From: Pyrodictiaceae archaeon
GTDB lineage: Archaea > Thermoproteota > Thermoprotei_A > Sulfolobales > Pyrodictiaceae
DNA: 64,000 bases
Assembly: GCA_027036135.1 (NCBI GenBank)
Contig: JALVSY010000030.1
Coordinates: 160,001 to 224,000 of the forward strand
Reading direction: 5' to 3'
Part shown: positions 39,463 to 47,896 of the stretch, in pieces
Numbering within the stretch: the stretch's first letter is position 1
Layout: each line of letters opens with the position of its first letter
Program-made: the position numbers and the translations under genes
The notes under the pieces: generated by a model
Told to the model about the DNA's origin: nothing
Database searches by the model: none
Seen by the model: only the letters and a program-made list of their open reading frames with translations

Positions 39463-40059
39463 CTACTTACCTTTATCCATGTATTGTCTTATCACTTCTC
39501 TTATCACGCGGATCAAGGTCTCACCACTACATTCGCCCAGGCTTACCTCAAAGAATTTCTCTATCGCGTAACATTCTTTCTCAATAATTTCCTTTGAGTT
39601 ATTAGCCTCCGAGTATAGGTTGATTAGCTTCTCGTTTATTCTCAGGAACTCTGGTCCCCACTTGAACACCGAGAGCAACTCTTGTGCCTGCTCATTAAAC
39701 CCTGTAATTAACAGTGATGCTGCTAGGGCTTCAGCACTACTAAGCAAGTATGGTTTCCCATAGTTTACGGGATTAGCTGCAAGTAATAGGGGGAGCCTTC
39801 TACGAAGACCCCGGTGCTTACCAAGTATCGTCCTTATTTTCCGCCATGACGCGTCAAGTACTACTACACCGTAGCGCTCTAAGAGGCCTTTGTCAATCTT
39901 CGATAAAGGATGCGGAGACAAGGGGTCAAGCACAATGCTGGTTGCTGGTAGCCTCTCTACACGCTTCACCATGCCAAGTCTTATCAGTTTATGCACTGTA
40001 TTGTACCTGGGATTATCGTGTCGATAGTAAAGCGCGTATAGCTTCACCATCTTAATCAA
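39463..40059 (-). CDS. tsr3: 16S rRNA aminocarboxypropyltransferase Tsr3
   Basis: LDASW, RRLPLLLAANPVNYGKPYLLSSAEALAA, FKWGPEFL. Confidence 0.93.
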   Translation of the reverse strand: MIKMVKLYALYYRHDNPRYNTVHKLIRLGMVKRVERLPATSIVLDPLSPHPLSKIDKGLLERYGVVVLDASWRKIRTILGKHRGLRRRLPLLLAANPVNYGKPYLLSSAEALAASLLITGFNEQAQELLSVFKWGPEFLRINEKLINLYSEANNSKEIIEKECYAIEKFFEVSLGECSGETLIRVIREVIRQYMDKGK

Positions 40060-40191
40060 CGCTCATTGCTGCAAATACAATGCTCCCATTTTCATGAAAT
40101 GCTCTATCAACAAGTATATTTTCGCTACCATTGATATAGTTTACCCGGAGCACTCTCTAGCCCGAATACTCTTCCTCGGAGGAGAACACGC

Positions 40192-40437
40192 ATGCCTAAA
40201 GCCATAGTGCTCATAAACACCGAGATAGGGGCTGACGAAGAGGTATTCGAGACCCTCAAAAATGTTCCAGAGATGAGAGCTGCGTACATGGTCTACGGGC
40301 TATACGATGTAGTGGCTATAGTAGAGAGCGACGATATGAACAAGCTAAGAGACATAATATATAAGCACATAAGAAGCCATGGCAAGGTTCGCTCAACACT
40401 AACCATGATAGTTGTAAAGGACTACGAGAAGAAGTAA
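40192..40437 (+). CDS. Stand-alone Lrp/AsnC ligand-binding (RAM) domain protein
   Basis: KAIVLINTEIG...VYGLYDVVAIVE...IR...VRSTLTMIV. Confidence 0.9.
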   Translation: MPKAIVLINTEIGADEEVFETLKNVPEMRAAYMVYGLYDVVAIVESDDMNKLRDIIYKHIRSHGKVRSTLTMIVVKDYEKK

Positions 40438-40471
40438 CAGGGGATCCCCGCCTGAAGGGGAGAGAAGCCTA

Positions 40472-41707
40472 GTGATCCTAGCCATAGGCATTGATAGTTT
40501 TGATACCGCTTTTGCAGGCTGCACGACACATTTTTCCTCACTATATGTAGCCGCTCTACTAAGTAGTGGCTACGAACTGGCAGATTACCCCTGGCTCGTG
40601 AGACTTAATCCAGCAATACCCTGGAAAACCCGAGGCAATGGAGCTATAGCGCTATACGTCTATGTTGATAGTCGCGACGATGCTACCAGGGCTATTCAAT
40701 TACTAAGGGAACTTACAAGAGCTTATAGTATTAGCCCCAAGGCATCCTATATAGCTGTGCTATTCGGCCACGATGATATTAGGGAGTATTTAGCAGAAAG
40801 ACCACAGTGCCTAACATCCCTGTATGATAGAGCGGTACACGAGGCTATTCCTAGAGACCTTGTACATGACTGCATAAGGAATATGAGGTCTAATATAATA
40901 GATGTTTTGGGACTAGATAATCGTGGTATTGTGGGCTCTGTTGCTGCACTCGGTATGAGACTTGATGACTATACCTTTGAGCTTACAATGTACAGGAAGA
41001 TAGAGAACTGGAATAAGCCAAGAGAGATAGATAGGGATAGCATTGTGCGATTCGACGTAGCTACTAAGCCCTACACATTCCTTAACATAGACTACACTAT
41101 AGGAAAACCACTAATAGCACCCCATGGCTACGACCCTGTACTCTACGCTGTTAGGGGTGAGAATCCCGATATACTCCTAAAGGCGCTCACCTTGATAGAT
41201 CCCGGTGAGGAACCGAGCCACGGGATACTGCATAGAAGTAACCAGGCAACAGACGCTCATCTGCGCAGGAAGAACATAAACCAGATACGCCCATACGACA
41301 ACGTTGTAGTGAAAGGTATCCTTAGGAACCCCCGCTGGATTCCCGGAGGTCACTTGCTCCTAGATCTATGCGACGATACTAGCTGCATGATTGTAGCTTT
41401 TTATCGTGAAACCAGGTGGCTAAGACACTATGCTGCATCTCTGACTGAGAACTATCTAGTGGAGGTTGGTGGCCAAGTAAAGCCGCACCGCGACACCATA
41501 ACGCTTAACGCTGAATACGTCGGAATAAGAGGTTGTTTAAAAGAACCATGCATGTATACAGGGCCACTAACTCTTAGGCCTCCCCCTAGTACCTTCCACC
41601 ACCTAATGCGCCCCCCAGAACGCAGGGCGGGAGAAAAAGCACTAATACTAACTCCTCCGAGGATCGTATTCATTCAGAACCAAGAGACTTTACAGACTAG
41701 TAACTGA
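40472..41707 (+). CDS. tiaS: tRNA(Ile2) 2-agmatinylcytidine synthetase TiaS
   Basis: GCTTH, LVRLNPAIPWKTRGNGA, PHGYDPVLYAVRG, SNQATDAHL, GGH OB fold. Confidence 0.88.
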   Translation: MILAIGIDSFDTAFAGCTTHFSSLYVAALLSSGYELADYPWLVRLNPAIPWKTRGNGAIALYVYVDSRDDATRAIQLLRELTRAYSISPKASYIAVLFGHDDIREYLAERPQCLTSLYDRAVHEAIPRDLVHDCIRNMRSNIIDVLGLDNRGIVGSVAALGMRLDDYTFELTMYRKIENWNKPREIDRDSIVRFDVATKPYTFLNIDYTIGKPLIAPHGYDPVLYAVRGENPDILLKALTLIDPGEEPSHGILHRSNQATDAHLRRKNINQIRPYDNVVVKGILRNPRWIPGGHLLLDLCDDTSCMIVAFYRETRWLRHYAASLTENYLVEVGGQVKPHRDTITLNAEYVGIRGCLKEPCMYTGPLTLRPPPSTFHHLMRPPERRAGEKALILTPPRIVFIQNQETLQTSN

Positions 41708-42164
41708 CCCCTCAGCTTCCTCTGGAGCCCACATAGATGGGATTTACTAACATATTTTTGCTGCAGTAATGACTAGAGCTATACCAAGTTTACCAAGGTG
41801 CCGCGCCCCTATGCTTCCTGTAAACAATGGCGACACCATCTCATTGACTGGTATCAAAAATCTATATATTGTTTGTTAATATGACTCAGAAATTATATTC
41901 AATACCCTTGTTTATTTGTATAAACTACTAATAAGATTCCACTTGGTATTATTGCTAAGGATAGAAGAAGTGTAATTGTCCACACGAAGTAGAGGGGTCT
42001 GGAGCTTCTCCATAATATCTGGTATACTTTTATTAGTAAAGTGTTTTTCTTATAGTTTCTAGAAAGGACCCCTAGCTTTCCTGTGGAGTGGGAATAACGA
42101 TCCCTGTAAGGAGCGGCAGAGTTAAGAGAAGGCAAAGCCAGTTGTTCACAATGGGTAGCGGGGT

Positions 42165-42359
42165 TTGCCGCGTAGTAAGAGGAGGCAGAAGAGCTCCTCC
42201 AAGGAGGAAAAGGCGAAGGATACGTCACCCACCGTGTTTACAGCTGCAGGACTATTAGCGTTCAGCGAAGAAGAAGCATTAATAAAACTAGAACCAATAC
42301 ATGTATTGGCTCTAACCATAGGACTTATAGCAGTGGTTCTCTTCTTCTCAGTAGTCTAG
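42165..42359 (+). CDS. Preprotein translocase subunit Sec61beta
   Basis: Basic N-terminus, TAAGLLAF...IKLEPIHV followed by a single C-terminal TM helix. Confidence 0.85.
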   Translation: MPRSKRRQKSSSKEEKAKDTSPTVFTAAGLLAFSEEEALIKLEPIHVLALTIGLIAVVLFFSVV

Positions 42360-42397
42360 CGAAATAGCCAATAAGGCTAGGTATGTGAACCGAGCAT

Positions 42398-42462
42398 GCT
42401 CGGTTCGCGGCCTCTATCATCATATTTTGTTCTCAGATGTCCGGCAGGGCTACTCCTCATCT
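42398..42462 (-). ncRNA. C/D-box sRNA targeting 23S rRNA near the sarcin-ricin loop
   Basis: C ATGAGGA, D' CTGA, C' ATGATGA, D CCGA; GCCCTGCCGGACA pairs with 59440-59452 (13 nt), TAGAGGCCGCG with 59419-59429 (11 nt). Confidence 0.92.
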
Positions 42463-42612
42463 TCTCTCCTCTAGACCGAGCCCTAGTAAGAGATAACCAA
42501 TACCAGCGGCTAGTATAGACGAAGCTATGTCTCCTAAGTGGAGCATATACACACTCAGCGCGAAGAACCCTATTCCAGCCCCTAAGAGTGTCACGCTTAG
42601 ATACTTATTCAT
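42457..42612 (-). CDS. Small two-TM membrane protein (51 aa), last gene of the MoxR operon
   Basis: Hand translation MNKYLSVTLLGAGIGFFALSVYMLHLGDIASSILAAGIGYLLLGLGLEERR*; AGGTGA RBS; below the ORF-track cutoff. Confidence 0.7.
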   Translation of the reverse strand: MNKYLSVTLLGAGIGFFALSVYMLHLGDIASSILAAGIGYLLLGLGLEERR

Positions 42613-42619
42613 ACTCTAA

Positions 42620-43369
42620 TCACCTGACCCCAAATAGTTTGAGCAACGCGAAGTAAACTATTGCGTAGACAAGGATGTCTAGATTTCTTAGCCTCCTACT
42701 TGATGGTGTAAAAAGCTTAATGACGTAAGCTATGAGTGTTACAGCGGCATAGAAGGGCTCGTGATACGTTATTGAGGGAGCTAGGCTAGCGAGGTAAAGA
42801 GCTATCCTAAACCCGTTGTCAGGCGTTAATGTGCTTAGTAATTTTCTCGCTACTAGTGCTTCTCGTGGCACAAGTCTATGCCCGGAGTAATATCCGTAGG
42901 TGACTGAGGAAGCGAATAGTGCTGCAAAGCCATAGATTATTGCGGCGCCTTGGCTGCTTAGGCCGAGTTCTTTAAGTCCCTCGATACTCGTGTTACTCAG
43001 TGCGTATATTAGGATTGACGAATACGTTATAGTTACTATTGCTACAAGTATTCCCAGTAGTAGAATCCTTGCGCTATACCTGGGTACAGGAGTATGTGAA
43101 CGGATCCCGGTTAGCGATGAGAAGACCGCATAGAGTAATACTAATATAGAGAGCATGTTACTGAGATAAATAGCTAGTATCGCGGCCGCCGATACGGATA
43201 ACAAGTAGGATAACCAGTCAACTCTAATAGCTATAGCAGTGGCCGCTATGCTCAGGCCAACTACGGGTACTAGGATAGCAGACGGCACAGTCCCGTAATA
43301 GGTAATAACGGTAACTAATGGTAATAACGCCGACGATAACACTAGTATAGTTGAAGCACTAGGCCGCAT
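42620..43369 (-). CDS. Multi-pass membrane protein
   Basis: Several hydrophobic helices; overlaps the DUF58 gene in the operon. Confidence 0.7.
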   Translation of the reverse strand: MRPSASTILVLSSALLPLVTVITYYGTVPSAILVPVVGLSIAATAIAIRVDWLSYLLSVSAAAILAIYLSNMLSILVLLYAVFSSLTGIRSHTPVPRYSARILLLGILVAIVTITYSSILIYALSNTSIEGLKELGLSSQGAAIIYGFAALFASSVTYGYYSGHRLVPREALVARKLLSTLTPDNGFRIALYLASLAPSITYHEPFYAAVTLIAYVIKLFTPSSRRLRNLDILVYAIVYFALLKLFGVR

Positions 43370-44651
43370 ACCTCACCAGCCTCGGTGCGACCATGTTGAC
43401 GGCTCCTAGGGCCTCTGTAAACGAGGACGCCCTTAGTACATGTACCATGGGGTAGTCCCTTAGCTTGCTCGCCGTGTACCTGTATTCCTCGAGAAAAACC
43501 TCTCTATGCATATCGGGGTACAAATAGACAATTATTAGCGGAGCTCTACGCTTCCTAGCAACATCGACTAAGTCGTCTACGTGGAGCGAGATCTCGGGAC
43601 CCGTGAGAATTACTAATGGAATATTCTCGGAATAGGCTGAGGCCTCGCGTAGCGCGTCCCGGAAATTAGCCCTAGGGGCGCTGAGGTAGGGATCGGTCAT
43701 CGAGGCACGGTTATATAGTTCAAAGAATGTCTGGGATGCATGTGCCGGGGATCTACTGAACCAGACCTCCCCGTAAAGAAAAGTGTACCCCAGTATGCCT
43801 GCACTCTGCTTAACACCCATTGCGAGCGACGAGGCCACTCGTAGTACGTTGTCGCCAGGGGTTGCCCCGGGCTCTCCTATCCACATTGGTCTAGAGAGGT
43901 CTAGGAATATGTAGAGACGGAGACGGAGCTCAGCTAGGTCCTCCCTGACCATTAATCTCTGTAAGCGGGCAGAGGCTGACCACACAATGCGTCTCGGGTC
44001 ATCCCCGGGCTGGTACTCCCTTATGCTGTAGAACTCCATTCCAGCGCCCTTAATCCTCTTAGAGTATATTTCCTCGAGCCCCAGCGTCTCTCCAGAATAC
44101 ATCCTGGTTCTAGCAGTGATTGCTACAGGGTAGTATCTAACAACAATCACGGACTCTAGGCTCCTTGCAGCACTGAAGAGGGCTAGTGGAGACGATTTCT
44201 CTAGGACTATTCTCCTCGCAGTACTAAGCCCTGGTGCACCCACGAGCCCGTATGTGTATGTCTTACACTCTCCTGGTCCCACGTTGACGAGGAATCCTGT
44301 TGCAGCTGGTACTCTGCGAGTCCTTGGGGGAGTATCCTCTAGTACCACGAGGTTATCGATATTCTCGCTGGACTTGTTGCATACACGGGTTAGTATCCTT
44401 ATGGGTGTGTTCTCAGGAGCTGCTCTCTCTACAACGTCTCTCCGAACGCTTACACGGGATAATAATGACTCGTATTTGTTGATTATCGCGTACTCTGCTG
44501 TCACGAGGACTACTAGGAGTAATGAGACGGGAAGCGTTATCGCCGGATATGCCCCGAGGAAGCCGAGAACATAAAGAAGCACAGCCGAAAACACAGCAAC
44601 AATAGCCTTTGGCGTCGGGGTTATCGCCACTCCTTGCCAGCCCTCTACCAA
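43359..44651 (-). CDS. DUF58 (vWA-like) protein
   Basis: GMEFYSIREYQPGDDPRRIVWSASAR...LMVRE...IFLDLS. Confidence 0.9.
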   Translation of the reverse strand: MVEGWQGVAITPTPKAIVAVFSAVLLYVLGFLGAYPAITLPVSLLLVVLVTAEYAIINKYESLLSRVSVRRDVVERAAPENTPIRILTRVCNKSSENIDNLVVLEDTPPRTRRVPAATGFLVNVGPGECKTYTYGLVGAPGLSTARRIVLEKSSPLALFSAARSLESVIVVRYYPVAITARTRMYSGETLGLEEIYSKRIKGAGMEFYSIREYQPGDDPRRIVWSASARLQRLMVREDLAELRLRLYIFLDLSRPMWIGEPGATPGDNVLRVASSLAMGVKQSAGILGYTFLYGEVWFSRSPAHASQTFFELYNRASMTDPYLSAPRANFRDALREASAYSENIPLVILTGPEISLHVDDLVDVARKRRAPLIIVYLYPDMHREVFLEEYRYTASKLRDYPMVHVLRASSFTEALGAVNMVAPRLVRYAA

Positions 44652-44667
44652 GGCAGTTATCTAGCCG

Positions 44668-45579
44668 CTACGGGGGAGGAACCTTAGCCAATACCTCCTC
44701 TATTATCTTCTCGGGTGTTATCCCGGCAAGCTTCGCCTCCGGCTTCAATATTATCCTGTGACGCAGGGCTGGCCACGCAGCTTGCTTCACGTGGTCAGGT
44801 GTAACGTGCTTGTCTCCCCGGATATATGCCAGTGCTCTAGCTATCTGCATCATGGCTATAGCTGCTCTCGGGGAGCCGCCTAGCTGGACATGGGGGCTAT
44901 GATGAGTCGCCTCAACTATTGAAGCTATATAGTACTTTACGTTCCGATCCACGTAGATGCTCCAAATCTCTTCCCGTGCTTGTAGCAGCTGCTCCCTAGT
45001 TATCACGGGCTTTACGGGCCACTCCTCTATCGTTCTCAGCCTCTCAAGTATCTCTACTAGCTCGTCGCGCGACGGGTACCCTATCACGACCTTCGACATG
45101 AACCTGTCTACTTGTGCCTCGCTTAAGGGGTATACGCCCTCGAACTCCACGGGATTCATAGTAGCTATTACTGTGAACACGGGGGAAAGCCGGAAGGTAT
45201 TCCCCCATACTGTTACTTGTCTCTCCTGCATAGCCTCCAGTAACGCCGCCTGCGTCTTCGGGCTAGCACGGTTAATCTCATCTACTAGCACTATGTCCGC
45301 GAATATGGGGCCCCTCTCGAACTCGAAGCGGTTCTGCCTATAGACATAGGTTCCTATTATATCGCTGGGGAGTAGGTCCGGGGTGAACTGGATACGCTTA
45401 AACTCAAGACTCATTGCCGAGGCAATAGCCTTTGCTATAGTCGTCTTAGCTACTCCCGGCACACCTTCCAGGAGAACATGGCCACCAGCAAGGATTGTAG
45501 CAAGAATGTATTCCAGTTCCTCACGCTTACCCACAATAACCTTGGATACTTCATCAAGTATCTCCGAGAACACCGTCAA
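44668..45579 (-). CDS. moxR: MoxR family AAA+ ATPase
   Basis: [47 protein letters not shown]. Confidence 0.95.
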   Translation of the reverse strand: MTVFSEILDEVSKVIVGKREELEYILATILAGGHVLLEGVPGVAKTTIAKAIASAMSLEFKRIQFTPDLLPSDIIGTYVYRQNRFEFERGPIFADIVLVDEINRASPKTQAALLEAMQERQVTVWGNTFRLSPVFTVIATMNPVEFEGVYPLSEAQVDRFMSKVVIGYPSRDELVEILERLRTIEEWPVKPVITREQLLQAREEIWSIYVDRNVKYYIASIVEATHHSPHVQLGGSPRAAIAMMQIARALAYIRGDKHVTPDHVKQAAWPALRHRIILKPEAKLAGITPEKIIEEVLAKVPPP

Positions 45580-45634
45580 TGCTTACTATGACCTCCTCTC
45601 CGCGCATGATACAGGGAGACGAGGGTTTTACGGC

Positions 45635-46639
45635 TTACTTTGATCCCGTCCTCGATACTATGGTCTTTATAGTCTTCAGCACCTCCTCTACATCCACTAG
45701 TTCCTCGCGCCGCTCCTCGGGCTTCTCTGGGAGCCCTGTGACAAGAACAGCAGTGATAAGCGGTAGAATAATCGTAGCAACAGCGACGGCCACTAGGTTG
45801 TTCTTAACCCAGGCAGCTATCCCCGCTAGTACTCCTATAGCGCCAGCTATTGTTTCCCTAAGGAAGGCGGAGACGCGTATCACTTGGCTCATACGATAAT
45901 GAGTATTATCGAACACTATATAGTGGATATGGTAGTGTTTATCGAGTAGTTTTACGAGGCCTAGCGCCACTCTTCGGGTAGACGGGAATGGTTTCAGCCC
46001 CTCGATCTCGAAGTTAGAGAAAATACTAGAATCACTAACAACGAGTGCCCATCCTTTCCCAGCCCTAACGAGTGCTGCAACAGGGTAGCGCTTACCAGGG
46101 CTCGGCTCAGCCCAGCAAACAACACGTGCTCCACTAGGTAGTTTCTTTAACCATGCTACCTTGGTTGATACTATTACCTTGCCCATACAGATTAGTGGTA
46201 CCAGGTAGCTAAGCTTACCAGTAACCCTGCTCTCGAGAAGCGAGTCGCTTATCTCTATGCCCCCGAGCATGTCTAGGAGTTTCCTAGTGTTACCCGTCTC
46301 ATCAGCTACCAGTAGGGCTATTTTTCCCTCCCTGACCAGGCTTGCTAGCGTGGCTGCCTCGGTGTCTGTGAAGGGCTTATCGGGGCCTAGTATGACGTAG
46401 AGGGTCTTTCTATGCATGTAGGAGCGAGTCGCTATGTATGAGGGAGAGCCTAGTGCGACATAGTATCCTCGCTGGGATAGGTAGGAATAGAAGTCATGTG
46501 TGCCCGTCATGAATATGTTCTCGGGGCTAGTTGAGTAAATCGAGGCAGACCTTGTAGATATGTTGCCAGCGGCTGCCGCCAAGAAGGCAGCACTAAGAAC
46601 CGCTATCACTAGTAGCGTTGTTCTCCCAGGCACTAACAA
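45635..46639 (-). CDS. DUF4350-like membrane-anchored extracellular protein
   Basis: Signal peptide, ILGPDKPF...LLVADETG, SDSSIFSN, FDNTH, C-terminal TM. Confidence 0.75.
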   Translation of the reverse strand: MLVPGRTTLLVIAVLSAAFLAAAAGNISTRSASIYSTSPENIFMTGTHDFYSYLSQRGYYVALGSPSYIATRSYMHRKTLYVILGPDKPFTDTEAATLASLVREGKIALLVADETGNTRKLLDMLGGIEISDSLLESRVTGKLSYLVPLICMGKVIVSTKVAWLKKLPSGARVVCWAEPSPGKRYPVAALVRAGKGWALVVSDSSIFSNFEIEGLKPFPSTRRVALGLVKLLDKHYHIHYIVFDNTHYRMSQVIRVSAFLRETIAGAIGVLAGIAAWVKNNLVAVAVATIILPLITAVLVTGLPEKPEERREELVDVEEVLKTIKTIVSRTGSK

Positions 46640-47168
46640 GCCTCTTCGCCTCCTCTACCTCCTCCACGCTGGGCTCCCGGGGAGAAAACACTGTTGAGTT
46701 ATAGATATCCGCGAACCTCATCAGTTTTTCATCAGGGCCGAGCAGCGCAGCAGTCTCAGTAACAGTCAACCCCTCGTAGAACCCAGATGTGCCAAGCAGC
46801 TTCCCACGTAGATAGTCGAAAAGCGACCTAAGCACGCGCTTACGCCCCTCATAGCGATACGGCGGAGAAACCGAGTAGAGCAACCCAGTGCCAGGCCCAG
46901 CGGGAACGACTTCGCCTTCGCCGCTATACCGGCTAGCAATAAGGTAGAGGAGAACAGCGACAACAAGGGCAACAACAACCGATACAACCACGGAGAATGG
47001 TACCCCATGAAGACCCGAGCTCGTAGATGAACCAGCTACAAGCCCTCCATGCCTCTCAGTACCAGTATTGTTCAAAGCAATAGCCTTGTATATATAGGAG
47101 AGATTAAGCCGAGGAGAAGAACCCCCAAGCGGTATATAGTGCTGAGGCGTATCTATGACGCTAGCCAC
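46593..47168 (-). CDS. DUF4129-like membrane protein
   Basis: TM helix, then LTVTE...FADIYNSTVFS pattern; first gene of the MoxR operon. Confidence 0.6.
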   Translation of the reverse strand: MASVIDTPQHYIPLGGSSPRLNLSYIYKAIALNNTGTERHGGLVAGSSTSSGLHGVPFSVVVSVVVALVVAVLLYLIASRYSGEGEVVPAGPGTGLLYSVSPPYRYEGRKRVLRSLFDYLRGKLLGTSGFYEGLTVTETAALLGPDEKLMRFADIYNSTVFSPREPSVEEVEEAKRLVSAWENNATSDSGS

Positions 47169-47212
47169 ACCAAGAGCACCGAAAACAGTTCACTAGGCCC
47201 CGGGTAGAGGGG

Positions 47213-47289
<77 letters not shown>

Positions 47290-47370
47290 ACCCATGTAAG
47301 TGGAATGTACCCAGCCCTATCCAGGGCTATAAGGCTTCTCCCCGAGAACCAGGAAAAGAGCAGGAAAAGA

Positions 47371-47469
47371 GGCTCGGATGCGGGCCTTGCCGCCATCCCC
47401 CGGAGCACCCGGGGCCCCCGGGGTTGCCGGTGCCACGGGCCTTTCAACCCGGGTTCTCTCTTCACAGCC
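47371..47469 (-). ncRNA. Extended C/D-box-like RNA with a GC-rich internal insertion
   Basis: GGC/GCC terminal stem, C GTGAAGA, D' TTGA, 44-nt insert, C'-like GGGATGG, D CCGA; TATA TTTATG 47499-47504 upstream and a pyrimidine tract downstream. Confidence 0.6.
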
Positions 47470-47581
47470 ACCAACCAGTACACAGAGCAATACACCCTCA
47501 TAAACCTCGTCTAAGCTCCCCAACAACCCTTGGGGGAATGAAGTATATTAATCCGAGAAACACTGTCTCCAACTAGCCTGG

Positions 47582-47640
47582 GTGAAGGGCCGCCTCCATA
47601 GAGCCCCGCTCAAGGGGGCGATGAGGCCTAGCGGCCTCGT
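47582..47640 (+). ncRNA. Putative K-turn-containing structured RNA upstream of tRNA-His
   Basis: GGGCCGC/GCGGCCT stem enclosing GA-GCCCC...GGGGC-GATGA; TATATTAA at ~47544. Confidence 0.4.
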
Positions 47641-47664
47641 GGATCCCTCGGATGAAGCATGTGA

Positions 47665-47741
47665 GGCCGCCGTAGCTCAGCCGGGAGAGCGCGGGGCTGT
47701 GGACCCCGAGGTCCCGGGTTCAAATCCCGGCGGCGGCCCCA
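47665..47741 (+). tRNA. tRNA-His(GUG) with encoded G-1 and CCA
   Basis: G-GCCGCCGTAGCTCAG...CGGGG-CTGTGGA-CCCCG...GTTCAAATCCCGGCGGCGGC-C-CCA. Confidence 0.97.
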
Positions 47742-47896
47742 TTCTCGTTCCCCATTTTATTCGATATACGTGAAGAGAAGAAGGTATGTACTGGCTATTA
47801 CTATGCTTCCAGCCTAGCTTGTGTTGATTCGTTGGAGAATATACACTATGTATATTTTGTTATATTCTAGAATAACTCTTATAATGTACGCGACTA

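Noticed and set aside
40404-40455. GGGGATCCC...CTGA possible sRNA at the Lrp gene end
   Set aside because: No convincing C or C' box, and the guide is a palindromic low-information match
47410-47462. SAM-I riboswitch-like words (GGCCCG...CCGGCAACC...GGTGC) on the minus strand
   Set aside because: The P1 ATC/GAT pairing and a downstream metabolic gene are lacking; the C/D-box reading with promoter and terminator fits better
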